A DNA stretch of 63,873 nt, the filler included, from Piptocephalis cylindrospora (taxonomy: Eukaryota), in assembly GCA_003614145.1 (NCBI GenBank). It is 3 parts of 3 records of this genome, joined end to end, with 100 filler letters (N's around TTAATTAATTAA, not from the genome) between each part and the next. Parts side by side here need not be neighbours in the genome. Positions count along the whole stretch, not along the records: positions 1 to 22,016 come from KZ987802.1; positions 22,117 to 44,125 come from KZ987803.1; 1 more part is not named here. The stretch is one strand, 5' to 3'. Position 1 is the first letter of the stretch, and the number at the start of each line of letters is the position of its first letter. The translations under genes and the position numbers were made by a program. The notes beneath the pieces were generated by a model. It did not search any database and was not told where the DNA came from. It saw nothing but the letters and a program-made list of their open reading frames with translations. Below, piece by piece: positions 13,745 through 25,915 of the stretch.

Positions 13745-16089
13745 GGCCCACACCAGACAGGAGGTTGAAAGAGAGAAGGGGGGGGGGAAAGGTGTGGACG
13801 GTAGTGCTGAAAGAGGGATGACAGAGAGGACAAGGGATATAACCAGGTTAGAATCGAGAGAGTTGGATTGGGAGATGGGAGACGGGAGATGGGGGGAAGA
13901 GGAAGTCTGGAAATGAGAATGGGAAGCTGGGGCGAGGGCTTGTTATACCATGTATGAGAAGGCGCCACAGGAGTTTGAAGTGGCGAGCTTGTCATGCTCC
14001 TTTGAACACAGACAGGCAAGTCCATGCACAAGTGTGTACATATCCAGGCTCATACGTGTCGTCAGTTAATAATACGCTAGAGGAACTTGACCATCCCACT
14101 TCATACTCTGGAGCCCTCCAGTAGGTAACTTGGCCATAAATGTGGGGACTCCACCTCAAATGGGGATCTGACCGTTAATCGCTCCTCAATTGACCAGATT
14201 GATGGAGGGGACTAAGGAAGTGGATAGCGGGTCATGGAGTGCATTCAGAAGCATATATTGCTGGGGGAGACAGGGTTTCCGTCTCCTCTTCTCTAGATCA
14301 TTTTCTTGTCTTTCATCTTTTTGCCTTTCTCTTCTCCTAGGAATATGTATGCAAACCACATTTTATCCTCCTCTTACGGCTTTGAATACAGCAATGATGA
14401 GGATGAAAATTGGTCCATTCCCCAGGTCGGACAGGCTGATAGACATGCGAACACAGCGCCTGCTTAAACGGCCGACATGCACTTTAAAGGAGTCCCTGCT
14501 TGCATGAAACTTCTCACCGTGTTGCTATATATCTACTGACTGCGATCTCACGATGGGGCGGCTGCTCAAGTGTAATGGCATATGTCATAGGATGCATAGT
14601 TGTGTAAACACCGCTCCGAGCATTTCAGCGACGAGGAAGCGAGATGTGTTCCAGGATCCCCGCCCCATCAATCAGAGGACACCATATTCCGTCTACTCTA
14701 GAGCCCATGTCTTCAGATTACAATGTCAATGAAGACACCAGGATTATGGGTGAATCCAAGGCTCAGGAGATAGCAGATACAGAAAGGGTGTCAAATGAGT
14801 ATTGCCCCTGGAACATCTCTGCTTTTTTCCAGTCATAATGAAAGCCAGATACAGTATTCGGAGGTATATGAAGAGAAAAGGTGGGAGAACGCGATGTGTG
14901 GAGGGATATATCCAGTACTTCATGAGCTGCCAACGTGAGAGATAGAAGGGATGGACGGAGGTCGTAATGCCTGAGGTGGGAGGTCAAGGAAGGCGATCAG
15001 CCCAGGATATGCACTAGACCATTAACTATTGAAGGATTTTGAATTAGAGCAGATAAAGATCTACGATATAACGAAAGAAAATCTGGTGAGGGGAAAGGGA
15101 GGAGGAGTCGTGGTGGAGGCAGGAAATTTAAATGGGTAAGACGTAAAGATGATGTACAAGGCCCTCTATACTAGCGCCATGAAATGATCATATCTGGATA
15201 TATAGCTTAAACTATGCTAAAAATAGGGATAATTCGTGTAGGACAAAGAGAAAGTGGAAGTTATGAAGGGAAGCTGTGGGGTTCATCGGATGAGGGAAGG
15301 AAGCCAGAAATGCAATGTGGATGCAATGACTTAGAGGATCCCGGATTGCCCCTCTTTGAAGGAGAATGGAAAACACGCCACATGATAATATATTCCCCAG
15401 TATTAGTGAATTCCTTTAGGGCGCCCATGAATGAGCTAGCGTACCGTTAGTAGGTAATTGGGATATGTTGTGTTCTTCACTCATAATGCTCAGATACACA
15501 CTGAAAGGGAATCCCTTTTGATGCCATACATTGTTCCGTAGAAATGGTGGTGTCACAGCGCCGTCATCCCCACAATGGCGTGTTATTGAATAGAAATCGA
15601 CCTATTTGAAGTTGAAGGTTTATAGTTCCTCTATGTATAAGAATGGGTTCAGTAATCTGCAATGTCCATTCATGGTGTACCACATGGGATACGCAGAGGA
15701 TCACTGACCCTGGTACCACATGCCTTCCTTTCTAAATAACCTGCGCTCGGGATCTCAACTCTTACACCGAATTAACAAATGGAAAATGCCTTGTGCACGT
15801 TGAGCAGATGGGCCTGAACTTTTACAATGGAACCAGTACCAGCTGATAAGCGGTATCCGGAACCCAGAAGCCTACGCTGAACTGATGAATAAAAGCTGGT
15901 TACAAACAGACAATGGATCCAGCGCATTGTTAGCCCTCTCAGGCATTTCCTTGTTCACTAAAGGGCAGTGGTGCGCAATCCATCTACCTTGACTTTGATG
16001 GAGCCTTTTCAACTATAAAAGTATTTTGCATCCTAAAGACCATTAAGAAACCTGACTTGATTTGGTCTATATATTCATCTTTAACTCTC

Positions 16090-17843
16090 ATGACTACCGA
16101 TATACCGACTGAACTTTTCATCCGTCTCTCTCCGTTCCTGTCTCCAACGGATACACTTCCTCGAGGTTATCGAGAGACACCAGCGTTCCTCTTTGAACCC
16201 ATTGAAAAGAGGGTTCGGGCTGGACGACCAATTCTCATAGGGAGTAAGCCGTGGTCTGTGAGAACATGCGCCACCCCGGACTTGGAGGCCAGGTCGATTA
16301 AGCTGAAAAGCTCTCTGGTCGATGCGGAGCATGCTGCCCTCTGGCTAAAAGAAGGAAATGTGGGTCCTTTGGAATAGGCAAAGTCATTCACTGATGAGAA
16401 AGTCATATTGATTGACGAGCTGACCCATTCAATTTATGATGGCTCATTCCAGCCATGCATTATAGATGTTTCTGCAGGATTCGGAACGTATGTCAATAGC
16501 GTATCAGCTTGTGCCGACCGGAGTAATCCGACTATACTTCACAATAGGGATTGCATTCAGCTTGGAGTCGAAGGAGTGGACAATAATGGTAAGCTACTGC
16601 GTGTACGCATCCTTGTGGAGCTTCTAGGAGAGGATGATCATATCAAAATCGACATGTAAGTTGCTGTTTGTGAAAAAATATCGCATGATGAATGATAAGG
16701 ACGGTGTTTAACAGGAAAAAGGCTCATGAGTGGATGACTCATCCTATAACCATTCGTCTCTTGGCGAAAAACAGAAACTCCTCCTTAGCGAGTCTACTCG
16801 CATTTCTTCAACCAAACTCGCGGCAGAGCATAAAAAGAGAAGGACATGAGGGTCTTCCGGGAGATGGTTCCGTTTCAAACCCATGTTCACCTAGGAGTCA
16901 AAAGAGGAGGGAAAGAGACTTTTGTTCCATCTGCCTAGTGCAACTGGAGAGATCCAATGTGGTGAAGACTTCCTGCGGCCACGCGTTTCATTACCTATGC
17001 ATTCAACAGATGACTGAGCAGAATCACGAATCGCATGGTGTGACTGGCCTTGTTTATAGGTCGAGGATCTTTAATTGCCCTCTTTGTCGTCAAAGAGTGG
17101 ACCTGGGAGAGGAGGCACGGGATGAAGATGGTGGGGAGACGTACGAGAGTGCAGAGGAGGATCTACCAACGGAGGAGGGCCGTGGGCCAAAGGAGGGAGT
17201 TTCAATGGAGAGGAGGATGGAAAGGGTAGAGCAGATGATGTCCGTCATGACCTTGACCCTTCTATCCAACCTTGGTACAAAAGAACGAGTTGGTAGTTCG
17301 AAGGATACTAAAGCTTCCAGAGGTAGCCAATCAGGCCTTGGCTTGGTAAATGAGAACAATATGGATCAGCTCGAGGGCGAGGGATCAAGCGGGGCGCTCG
17401 AGAGCAGCCACCCAATGAACCCGGCTTCAAATGCGTCGCGTCCACGTGTCCCCAAAAATATCCATTCCACTCACGTTTCCTTGATGGGAGGCCAAGGTAA
17501 GGAGGCCCTGGATCATTCATCCCCTAGTCGTACAGTTTGGATCGGGGGATTGGGAGATAAGGATCCAACGCGTGATCAGATCATCGAAATTTTTGAAGGA
17601 GTGACCAATGTCCGTTTCGTCTTTCATCCAGATGGAATGCGAAAGCCTTATATTTTTGTCGATTTTTCATCAGAGGCCACTGCAGCCCGTGCCCTCAGAC
17701 TGGATGGAACCTTCATTCTAGGAAGACGCATCGGAGTTCGATATGATCATCGTCATAGGAGGACCAATGTTCAGCGGCTCAAGGCCTCCTCTTCTACAGC
17801 CGAGGAGGACTCAAAGGATAATAGCAGTGATTATTTGATCTGA
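16090..17843 (+). CDS. Dma1/Chfr-like degenerate FHA + RING-H2 E3 ligase with C-terminal RRM; 3 exons, ~533 aa
   Basis: Exons 16090-16359, 16453-16655 and 16715-17843 splice in frame. Dma1-like FIRLSPF...FEPIEK...ILIG and IIDV...GTYVN...LHNRDCIQLG; RING-H2 CSIC...CGHAFHYLC...CPLC; RRM with RNP2 VWIGGL and RNP1 KPYIFVDF. Confidence 0.8.
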
Positions 17844-18462
17844 TTAGGCTTTATACTTTAGATAAGCGGGCAAATTATGGGCTTGATGCGTGTTAACGGT
17901 CGATTGGGATTATGTCATGGGAGATTTGCAATGTGGGAATATACACTGTTATTTTCCTACAATATTCTAGGCGATAAATTGGATGGCAGTAGTAGTAGTA
18001 AATCCATTCCACTTTCCCTAGGTCGGGTAGGCTGGTGGATATCTTCCTTTGATGGTTATGATAATGATTATGATTATGATGGCAACCTTGGTAAGGTGTT
18101 ATGTTTTTCTGATGTGGTAGATCTGCGTGATCTTGGTAAGATGGATGAATAGGAGAAAGGAAGGGTTTGCATATTGGAAACACATCAGGAGGTTGTATGC
18201 TGTCCTTGATATTAAACGGGTCGCATCGAGATCCGTTTTATAGAGGAAAAAAATGTCATTCATGTAATGAAAAAAGCACGATTATAGCACGAATCGCGCG
18301 CTCATCTATGACCATTCATTGTTTCTTTTAGATCCCTTCCCCCTTCCGTCCTCTCCCCATATCTTATTCCTGTTCTTATCATCTAGCTGACTGAGGACGA
18401 GATCACGGATTTAAGCACTCAAATTCACTCCACACATCCCAAGCACCATTTCTCCTCCTCCA

Positions 18463-19847
18463 TCATGCCATGGATGTGGAGACCTGTTGACCAGTGGAGG
18501 CTTTGCTCATGATCTCCTCGATACGACGCTCAGCCTTGGCCTTTCTATCATTAGTGACGCGCTCCTGATTATCCAAATACCACTGACGCTTGGCACCAAG
18601 GGCTTCTAGGGCCTTGGGAACATCGGTGAGGGAGACTGGGACATCGATCTTCAAATCCCACAACTGCTCCATCACGCTGAGAGGGAGCTTGAAGGGGACG
18701 GGCCCACGAGAGGATTTCCCCGGCGTGCCTGATGCCTTACGGCCTGAGGTTCCCTTGCCCATGAAGTAAGACTCTTCCCGCTCACCCTTCTTCTGGAGCA
18801 CTTTACCCACCGGGATATTCCCCTCATCGACGGGACGGGCATTAGGAGTGCCCAGGGAAACCGAAGATGGCTTGGTGGAGGTGGCCATGGTATCATCGGC
18901 GGTAGGAGCGGATCCAATGAGGGAGCCAAGGAGACGACTGAGGGTGGTGCAGGTCTCGAGCTCAGCCTCAAAAGCTGGAGCCTCAGCCTCCTCCCTCTCC
19001 TGGCGAGCGGCCTCCTCCAGACGCTCCCGAGCCTCCTCGGCCCTTCGTTCTTTGGCCAAAACTTCCCTGCGCTTTCGCTCTTCGGCCTGGAATTTCAAGA
19101 AGGCCTCGGTGGCCTGACGGTGATCACGGACTAGGGCACGCTTGGCCTCATAGGCCTCATCCAGATCCTTTTGGGCCTTGGACTTGCGGTCACGGGCATC
19201 GGAGCGACGGGCGGTCTCCTCTTCCCGGGACTTGGCCAGCTGATCCAGGGATTTTTGAGCCTCGCGAATGGCAGAGTTCATCTCGTCCACAGACATGTCC
19301 TTTCCCTGAATCGGGGTGTCCTTGGAGGCAGGGGACTCGATGAGAGATCGACGGGTGCGCTTTAAAGCGGATATTTCAGCGACAGCCTTTCGCTCCTGAA
19401 GAAGGGAAAGCTTTTCGGTGTTTACCTGTTTCTCCAGGTCATGAATCCTTTTATCGCAGTCTTCTACGCTTCCCGTGCCTGAGGGAGTGGTTTTCCCCGA
19501 AGTCTTGCTGGTCTCGAGATCGCGCAGAACCGTGGGGAGGGACTGGGTCACAACGCCTCCTTTGGCACGGATCTGTGCTTCAAGTTCCCGAATTTGATTA
19601 CGGAGGGCCGTCCTATCTGCATCAGCTGAGGTACTGGATGTAACCTGGCCCGAACCAAGTTGGGACTAGTGGGTGATAAAGGTCAGCGATGGCAGAAGAG
19701 AAAAACACCATACAATGTCCAGATAAATCTTACTAGTTCCTTGCGTAGACGTTCAATCGTAGCGTCGGCCAATTCCAGGGCACGATGATGCACCTCGGGA
19801 TCAGGACGCTGGGGTCTCTTGACGGGTTGAGCAGGGGGATTGGACAT
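18463..19847 (-). CDS. BFR1: Bfr1-like coiled-coil nuclear segregation/mRNP protein; 2 exons
   Basis: ATG 19847 (MSNPPAQPVKRPQRPD), in-frame intron 19666-19733. Motifs LSLLQERKAVAEISALKR, PAFEAELETCTTL, EESYFMG, FKLPLSVMEQLWDLKIDVP, WYLDNQERVT. Confidence 0.8.
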
Positions 19848-20434
19848 TGTGATGTGGATGTCAATAGGGATGAAAGCAAAAGAGACCTCGAGCCAAGTGA
19901 AAGAAGGGATTGAGAGGGGAGGGGACTTGACGTGAGAGGATGTGTATGGAGGAAAGAAAGGTATGTTCAGGGTGGGCAGGAGGTATCAGGGCAGTTGGAG
20001 TTGCGCGCGAAAAGGACCTCAGCCATGAGCTTGGATGGTTTGGGTGATGGGAGCTAGTCTCCCTCACCGTGTGTGTGTGCTGGCATATCTCGGAGAACTT
20101 GGGCGGAGTGGCTTGCTACGCCGGCATCACACTGACGCGCCTAAGATCTTGGCGCTGGTGCGCTGTGCTTCAGACTCCAGTATGGAGTGCCCAGAGAGTC
20201 GCATTGCACCTTGATGAAGATCAGGGTGATGGTTTAGGAGAGCTTGAGCATACACAGTAACTCGAGGCAAGCAGGAGTTACTAAGCAGGAAGTAATGCAT
20301 AAAAAAGAGATGCAGTACATTCAGCAGGATCATTGGAGCAATGGGAATACATAAAAGCACGCTCACTCCCCCCTCGTGAAGGGAGGCAAGGTTGAAGTAA
20401 GAAGGATGGGAGACATGGAGTATCGTTGTGTTGC

Positions 20435-21994
20435 TTAAAATGAAGCGGGAATAAGCAGGATGACGAGCCAGAGCACGCCAGCTAGAGCCGAGGATACACC
20501 AAGGAGAAGGAGGGACTTGGCTCGTTGGATCTGAAGGATCCGGGGTTCCTCCACCATGAGTAGCCGATTATCTTGGATTGCCGAGGAGGGAGTGACCAGA
20601 GGCTTCCCCAGGAAGATGTAAGGTCGGCCGCGGAGGGCGGAAACGAAACTCCCGTAGCATTCCCGCCATCCCGAAAGCAATCTAGATCGGTAGGTGATGG
20701 CCACTCGGGGCTCGGAGAGGCCCAGCCAGGCACGCATGGGGTCGATTCCGTGAGCATGAGTGACGATATATCCAATAGAGACACTGATCCACGGTAAGGG
20801 TATAAGCCTCCACCAGCGCGAAAACTCAGAGAAAATGAGAATAGCGACCAAGGACAGCCCGAGAACGAGGCTCACCGAGGCTAGAAGGACACGAAGATGG
20901 GCGGTGGGTGGAGAGAGGTTCTGGACGGCATCCTGGGTAAAGGATTGGGCAGGGAGGACCAGGAGGTCCAGGGCTGCATCAATTGCCGGCATGAGAATAT
21001 CAGGATGGGTGGAGTGGGCCAGGGAGTGGACAATGGTGTCTTTGACGGTGTAGGGGAGGAGGTGAGAGGAGGTGATGAAGCGGGTAACGGCCCGATCCAC
21101 CTCGTCCTGATAGGGAAGAGCCGGGGAGAATGGAGACCTCGGCGTGACCGGGGAGGCAGGGAAGGAAGGGGTGGAGGGGGGGGATTGAGGGATGAGGAGG
21201 ATGGGGGGAGGCCGATGAGAAGTCCTGCCCATGGAGGATTTTCTCATTACCGACCTTTTCGGAGCCGTAGGGGAGCCGGGAGGGGGGCCGGGTGCCTCCT
21301 GCGACACGATAGGGGCGGAGGCCGTGGGAAGGGTGGTGCTGGAGCAGGGGGAGGGGGAGGGGGATGGGGATGGGGAACCATGGTAAGGCTCCAGGTATGG
21401 GCTGTCCCACCTACCATTCTCGGGGGCCTCCTCCATGGTCAGGAATTCCTCTTCGTCAAAGACCGAGATGTGAAAGTCGGGGGACTCGGGAGATGAGGCT
21501 CCGGAACATGGGGAAAGGGGAGGGGTAGTAAAGTAGCCGGGAGAGAATGAGGGTTGCCTCAAGGGCTCTGGGAGACGTAGAAAAGAAGATCTATAAGTTC
21601 GGTACCAGGTGAAGAAGTCGAGTAGATCAGCATACCCACCTTCCTGGGAGCTTTCCGGGGCAGAAAGAGGGAGGGGATCGACCTCACATACAGCGTGGCC
21701 CGAATCATCCTGACAGGGGGCGGGAGTAGGATAATAGACCGGGGGAGCAAGATGGAGAGATCGAGCCTTGTCCAGGGCCCGAAGATATCGATGAAAGTCA
21801 CGAAGGGTGCATGGGGCCTTGACCTTTTCCTGGAGGAGTGGCATGAGAGTGACATAGGTGGGGTCCGAGGCTCGTTCATTGAGGATGGCAGTGAGATCCA
21901 AGCTTTCCTCTTGAGGAAGGGAAAGGACACCCGAGGATGCCCGTGGGCGAAGGGGAGGAGGGAGGGTAAACCCCGAGGAGGATGGGGGAGTCAT
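20435..21994 (-). CDS. RAX1: Rax1-like RGS-domain bud-site/polarity membrane protein
   Basis: APCTLRDFHRYL, LLDFFTWY, LPYQDEVDR, HSTHPDIL, then TM segments with SRWWRL and a C-terminal TM. The ATG is only 22 nt from the contig end, so the N-terminus may be incomplete. Confidence 0.75.
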   Translation of the reverse strand: MTPPSSSGFTLPPPLRPRASSGVLSLPQEESLDLTAILNERASDPTYVTLMPLLQEKVKAPCTLRDFHRYLRALDKARSLHLAPPVYYPTPAPCQDDSGHAVCEVDPLPLSAPESSQEGGYADLLDFFTWYRTYRSSFLRLPEPLRQPSFSPGYFTTPPLSPCSGASSPESPDFHISVFDEEEFLTMEEAPENGRWDSPYLEPYHGSPSPSPSPSPCSSTTLPTASAPIVSQEAPGPPPGSPTAPKRSVMRKSSMGRTSHRPPPILLIPQSPPSTPSFPASPVTPRSPFSPALPYQDEVDRAVTRFITSSHLLPYTVKDTIVHSLAHSTHPDILMPAIDAALDLLVLPAQSFTQDAVQNLSPPTAHLRVLLASVSLVLGLSLVAILIFSEFSRWWRLIPLPWISVSIGYIVTHAHGIDPMRAWLGLSEPRVAITYRSRLLSGWRECYGSFVSALRGRPYIFLGKPLVTPSSAIQDNRLLMVEEPRILQIQRAKSLLLLGVSSALAGVLWLVILLIPASF

Positions 21995-22016
21995 GGTAAA
22001 GTACTGAGGGATAGAT

Positions 22017-22116
22017 NNNNNNNNNNNNNNNNNNNNNNNNNNNNNNNNNNNNNNNNNNNNTTAATTAATTAANNNNNNNNNNNNNNNNNNNNNNNNNNNN
22101 NNNNNNNNNNNNNNNN
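22017..22116. other. Artificial contig-joining linker (N44-TTAATTAATTAA-N44)
   Basis: Exactly 100 nt, symmetric, with a palindromic six-frame-stop 12-mer; identical to 44126-44225. Confidence 0.97.
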
Positions 22117-22171
22117 GGTGGTGCGGGGGGGGTAGTTGGGAGAGAGGGGGGAGGGGGGGGGAGGGGGGGGG

Positions 22172-22214
<43 letters not shown>
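22117..22214. repeat. Poly-G/G-rich low-complexity tract at contig start
   Basis: Long G homopolymer runs seen directly next to the linker. Confidence 0.85.
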
Positions 22215-22215
<1 letters not shown>

Positions 22216-22399
22216 TGGTCGGCAAAAGTAACGATGGAGTTCCTCCAGCCGGCAGCAATGGTACCACCACCACCACTATCGCTTTGTCGTTTTGCCGACC
22301 TACTCGTCCCAGTGGGTAGGTCGAGTTCGGGAGCAGAGGTAGTCATGGAGGTGGGGACTTGAGGATGGGACTCGCGCTGTTTGCCCTTGCATCACACAT

Positions 22400-25300
22400 C
22401 CACTCAATACTGGCTTATCCGATTTATCTATCCCTGGGGAAGAGTCCACTTCAGGCGCCTCTGAGATCTCCCGTGATGATGATTCCTCCTCCTTTAACCT
22501 CACTCTATCCCAAGTGGAGGGTCCAAGGAAGCGCTATGGGCCCAAGGGTGCAGGGCATGGACGAAGGGATCTCAGTGTTTCCTCCCGCACCACCGTCCCC
22601 CTCTCCCCTCATCAGGAGGATGTGTCTGGGGGGGAGGATAGCCCCCAAAAGGATGGCCCAAGGGCCATTCAGGCTGCTGCACCCCCTAGTCATGCATCGT
22701 CCCCTATGGCCATCACCACGGCCCACTCAGGTGGGAAACCTCTTCTTCTTCGTAATCTCGATACAGGTGAGCTCGTCAAGTTGGAGGAAGTCGAGGAGCA
22801 ACTTTCCCGATCCCCCACTCCGGGTGGCTCCTCCATCTCCTCCGCTTCCACCTCCACCGACCCTCTCTCCCTCCACGTCCTCTCCCGCACCGGCAGCGTC
22901 AAGCATCTTCCTCGAACAACCGACTCTACCCAGAGATCCAATCGGTGAGTTAGGGTCGAAACAGAAGAGTCCATCCTATACCACATACTCATCCCCCCTC
23001 TACCCTTAGGCATGGCTCAAGTCGATGGAAAAAGAGTGTTCGTGGTCTCTTTTCCTCCTCCTCCTCCTCCTCCTCTTCTACATCCGTCCCCAACCCCCAC
23101 CCTACCACTCCCTCCTCTTCCTTCCCGTCCGCCTCCACCATCCGAATCAAGTATCGTGGAAAGAAGAAGCAGGCTGTCCGTCTTCAAGGTCTCTACATGG
23201 CCCAGGAACTTACATTGCCCCTAGAAGCCAAGTCTGATCCTCCTGCCTCAGAGGAGGGAGCGCAGGAGAGGGTCAAGGGATCTATTTGGACCGTACAATT
23301 TAGCCCGTGCGGTCGCTACCTCGCTGCAGGAGGTCAGGATGGACTGGTTCGGCTATGGTGCCTCGTCGAGCAAAAGTCAAAGGTTTCTCCCGCTCCCTCC
23401 CCTCACTCTTCTATCTTTAGTGATGAGCCCATGAGAAGGTGGGAGGGTCACAAAGGTGATGTTATGGATCTAGCTTGGTCCAAGAACAACTTTCTCTTAT
23501 CCGCTAGCATGGATCGTACCGTTCGACTTTGGCATGTCTCCCGAGCCGCATGCCTCTACGTCTTTCCTCATCCTGACTTTGTCACTTCGGTCTCCTTTCA
23601 CCCCAAGGTATCTTTTTCTTTGGGTTTAAGATGGAATAATCTAACCATGACTCATTTCATTAACCATTAGGATGATCGGTGCTTCCTTTCTGGGTCCATT
23701 GATGGAAGGATGAGGCTTTGGTCGGTCCCCGAGAAAAAGGTCGTGCAATGGGAGGAAGTCCATGGACTGTGCACCGCCGTAGGCTTTATCCCCGTCCTTG
23801 CCCAGGGTAAGGGCTATGGAAGAGAAAAGCCCCACTTGGCCTCCTCTTCCCCCTCCACCCCATCCACCGCCACCCCATCGGCCACTTCATCCTCCATTGG
23901 AGCCTCCCATTCCAGACGTACCTCCCAGGACTCTGCCATCCCCCCAGAGGCTGTCCCCACCATCACCGCTGGGAGCGTGGCTGTGGAGAGGCGAGATCAA
24001 TCTTCTTCTCATCATCCCGGCTTCGAGGCGGCAAGGCATCACTCTGCTATGCTCGTTATTGCCGGGACTGTTGGGGGAAAGTGTCTCTTTTACTCGATGG
24101 AAGGTCGCTCCTCCTTGACCCATCAGGAAAGCAGTAATTGGTCGGTTCGTGGGGGAAAGAAGGTTACGAGCATTCTCCCTGTCCCAACCCCTGCTTCCAA
24201 CGCATCTTCCACTTCTACGGGAAGGGCCAAACGTCCTTCTTCCTCCTCCTTTATCCTGGTCAGTACGAATGACTCGAGAATTCGTCTCATCCGGACAGAT
24301 TCCGGTCAAAGGCACCTAGAGTACAAGCTGTCCGGTCTGAAGAATGAAGGTAGCCAGATCCGTGCAAGCCCTCGGGATGACGGCGAGTACGTCATCTCTG
24401 GGTCAGAGGATAGATGCATTTACCTATGGGATGTTGGTGAGGTGACTCGGGGTAAGAGGGCCCAAGGAGGAGGCCAAGGCACTTCCTCCATGGGATCCGG
24501 ATCCGATTGGTCTAGCTGGCTATGGAGAAAGGGCGGTTGGGATGGATCCATCTCCTCCTCCTCCTCCGCCCAAGATCGATCTAATCCTTTCCTTCTAGGA
24601 AATCATTCAGACAAGGCTAGGTATGGAAATGCTAGCTATGAGTACTTTCACGCTCATCAGGCCACTGTTATCGCTGCCGTCATGGCCCCATTCAACGCCA
24701 AGAGACTCCTCTTTCCCGCACATAAAGATCGTCCAGATGATCTGGGTAAAGCCGAGGTCATTGTCAGTGCCGATGTCCAAGGTAGAATCCGAGTTTTTCT
24801 CCAGCCTCCACCCCCCCCCTTCCCCAGGCTCCTACCAAAGGGGATCCCACCTCTACTAGTGACGCTTCCTCCCAACCCCCTCCTCCCATCATCACTCGGG
24901 AGGGTCCTCCTGAGGAGGAAGATGAGCAATCTTCTGGAGATGGAGGTCTACGACGGAAGGCCTCCTCTGCCCATGCCTTCATCCATAGTGACGGTGAGGC
25001 CATGGATTATGATAGGAGGATGCATCGGGTGGGTGGCAAGAAGGGTCGGCATCATCATCACCGGCATCGCCGGCATCCTCGTCAATCACGATCAAGGGCG
25101 GGCAGTGATTTGGATCTTGTCATCACTGATGATGATGAGGATGATGAGGATGACGATAGCATTTCCTCCCCAACAACCACCCGGTACCACACTGCTAGGA
25201 TGAGGCCCACTAGGTCCACTCACACCTCCATTTCCTCCTCCTCCTTCTCCCTCGACCCCTTCTCCCCCACCTCTCTCCCCCGCCCTCCCCGACATTCCCG

Positions 25301-25688
25301 TCACCAGAAACGCTCATCCCTTTCCACCAATGAGGTCAATGCGGATGATTGGGATGAAGAGGAGGAGGGCTTTAACTCTCAGTCCGGCGGGAGGGGCAGG
25401 GCAAGGACCGCGATCCCCTCTTCCTCCCGGTCAAGGGCTCCTAGTGTCCGATCTAGGGCCCCAACTGTGGCAAGTTATCGCACAGGCCGATCCCTCGGTG
25501 ATGTTGGGATCAGAGGCCGTGGGGGTAGACGCGTGTGTGGGGAGTGTGGGGGTGAGGACTTTCGGATGTGGCAAGTGGCCGCTCGTGATCCCGAAGAAGG
25601 CGTGGACGAGGATGAGGCAGCTGAAGATGAGACACCCGTGGTCCTTGTCGTCTGTTCCAATTGTCAACGGCTCATGGGAGAGTTTTAA
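22400..25688 (+). CDS. WDR44/YMR102C(Dgr2)-like WD40 protein with C-terminal CxxC...CxxC; 5' end uncertain
   Basis: LRNLDTGE motif; WD40 repeats ([100 protein letters not shown]). Introns 22945-23009 and 23608-23670. An apparent frameshift at C9 (24811-24819) joins the 25002-25688 ORF. Confidence 0.85.
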
Positions 25689-25716
25689 CTTTCCCGCACT
25701 AGAAATAAGCAACCAT

Positions 25717-25741
25717 TGTGTGTGTGTGTGTGTGTGTGTGT
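25717..25741. repeat. (TG)n microsatellite
   Basis: Direct dinucleotide repeat in the convergent 3' intergenic region. Confidence 0.85.
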
Positions 25742-25915
25742 ACAGTAAAGATGGGCCAAAAAATACGACATTTTCTCTTGCCAATAAGCTCTCATGCGTC
25801 ATCGTCTTCGTTCATCCAGCCTATTATTATTATTATCAGCATATTCACATGCACTCAAATGGAATAGCCACTTCACTGTATATTATTATTGTAGATTTTC
25901 CCAACCCATACCCAT

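Noticed and set aside
277..13916. Many short plus-strand and alternate-frame ORFs over TAO3 and NBAS
   Set aside because: Shadow ORFs of long GC-rich coding regions, with no motifs.
22061..22072. TTAATTAATTAA palindrome as a transposon (piggyBac TTAA) target or regulatory site
   Set aside because: Centred in symmetric N44 pads and repeated exactly at 44170-44181; a synthetic six-frame stop linker.
22117..22214. Poly-G as a G-quadruplex element or poly-Pro ORF
   Set aside because: Sits at a contig end where base calls and run length are unreliable; the same applies to poly-C at 63682-63711.
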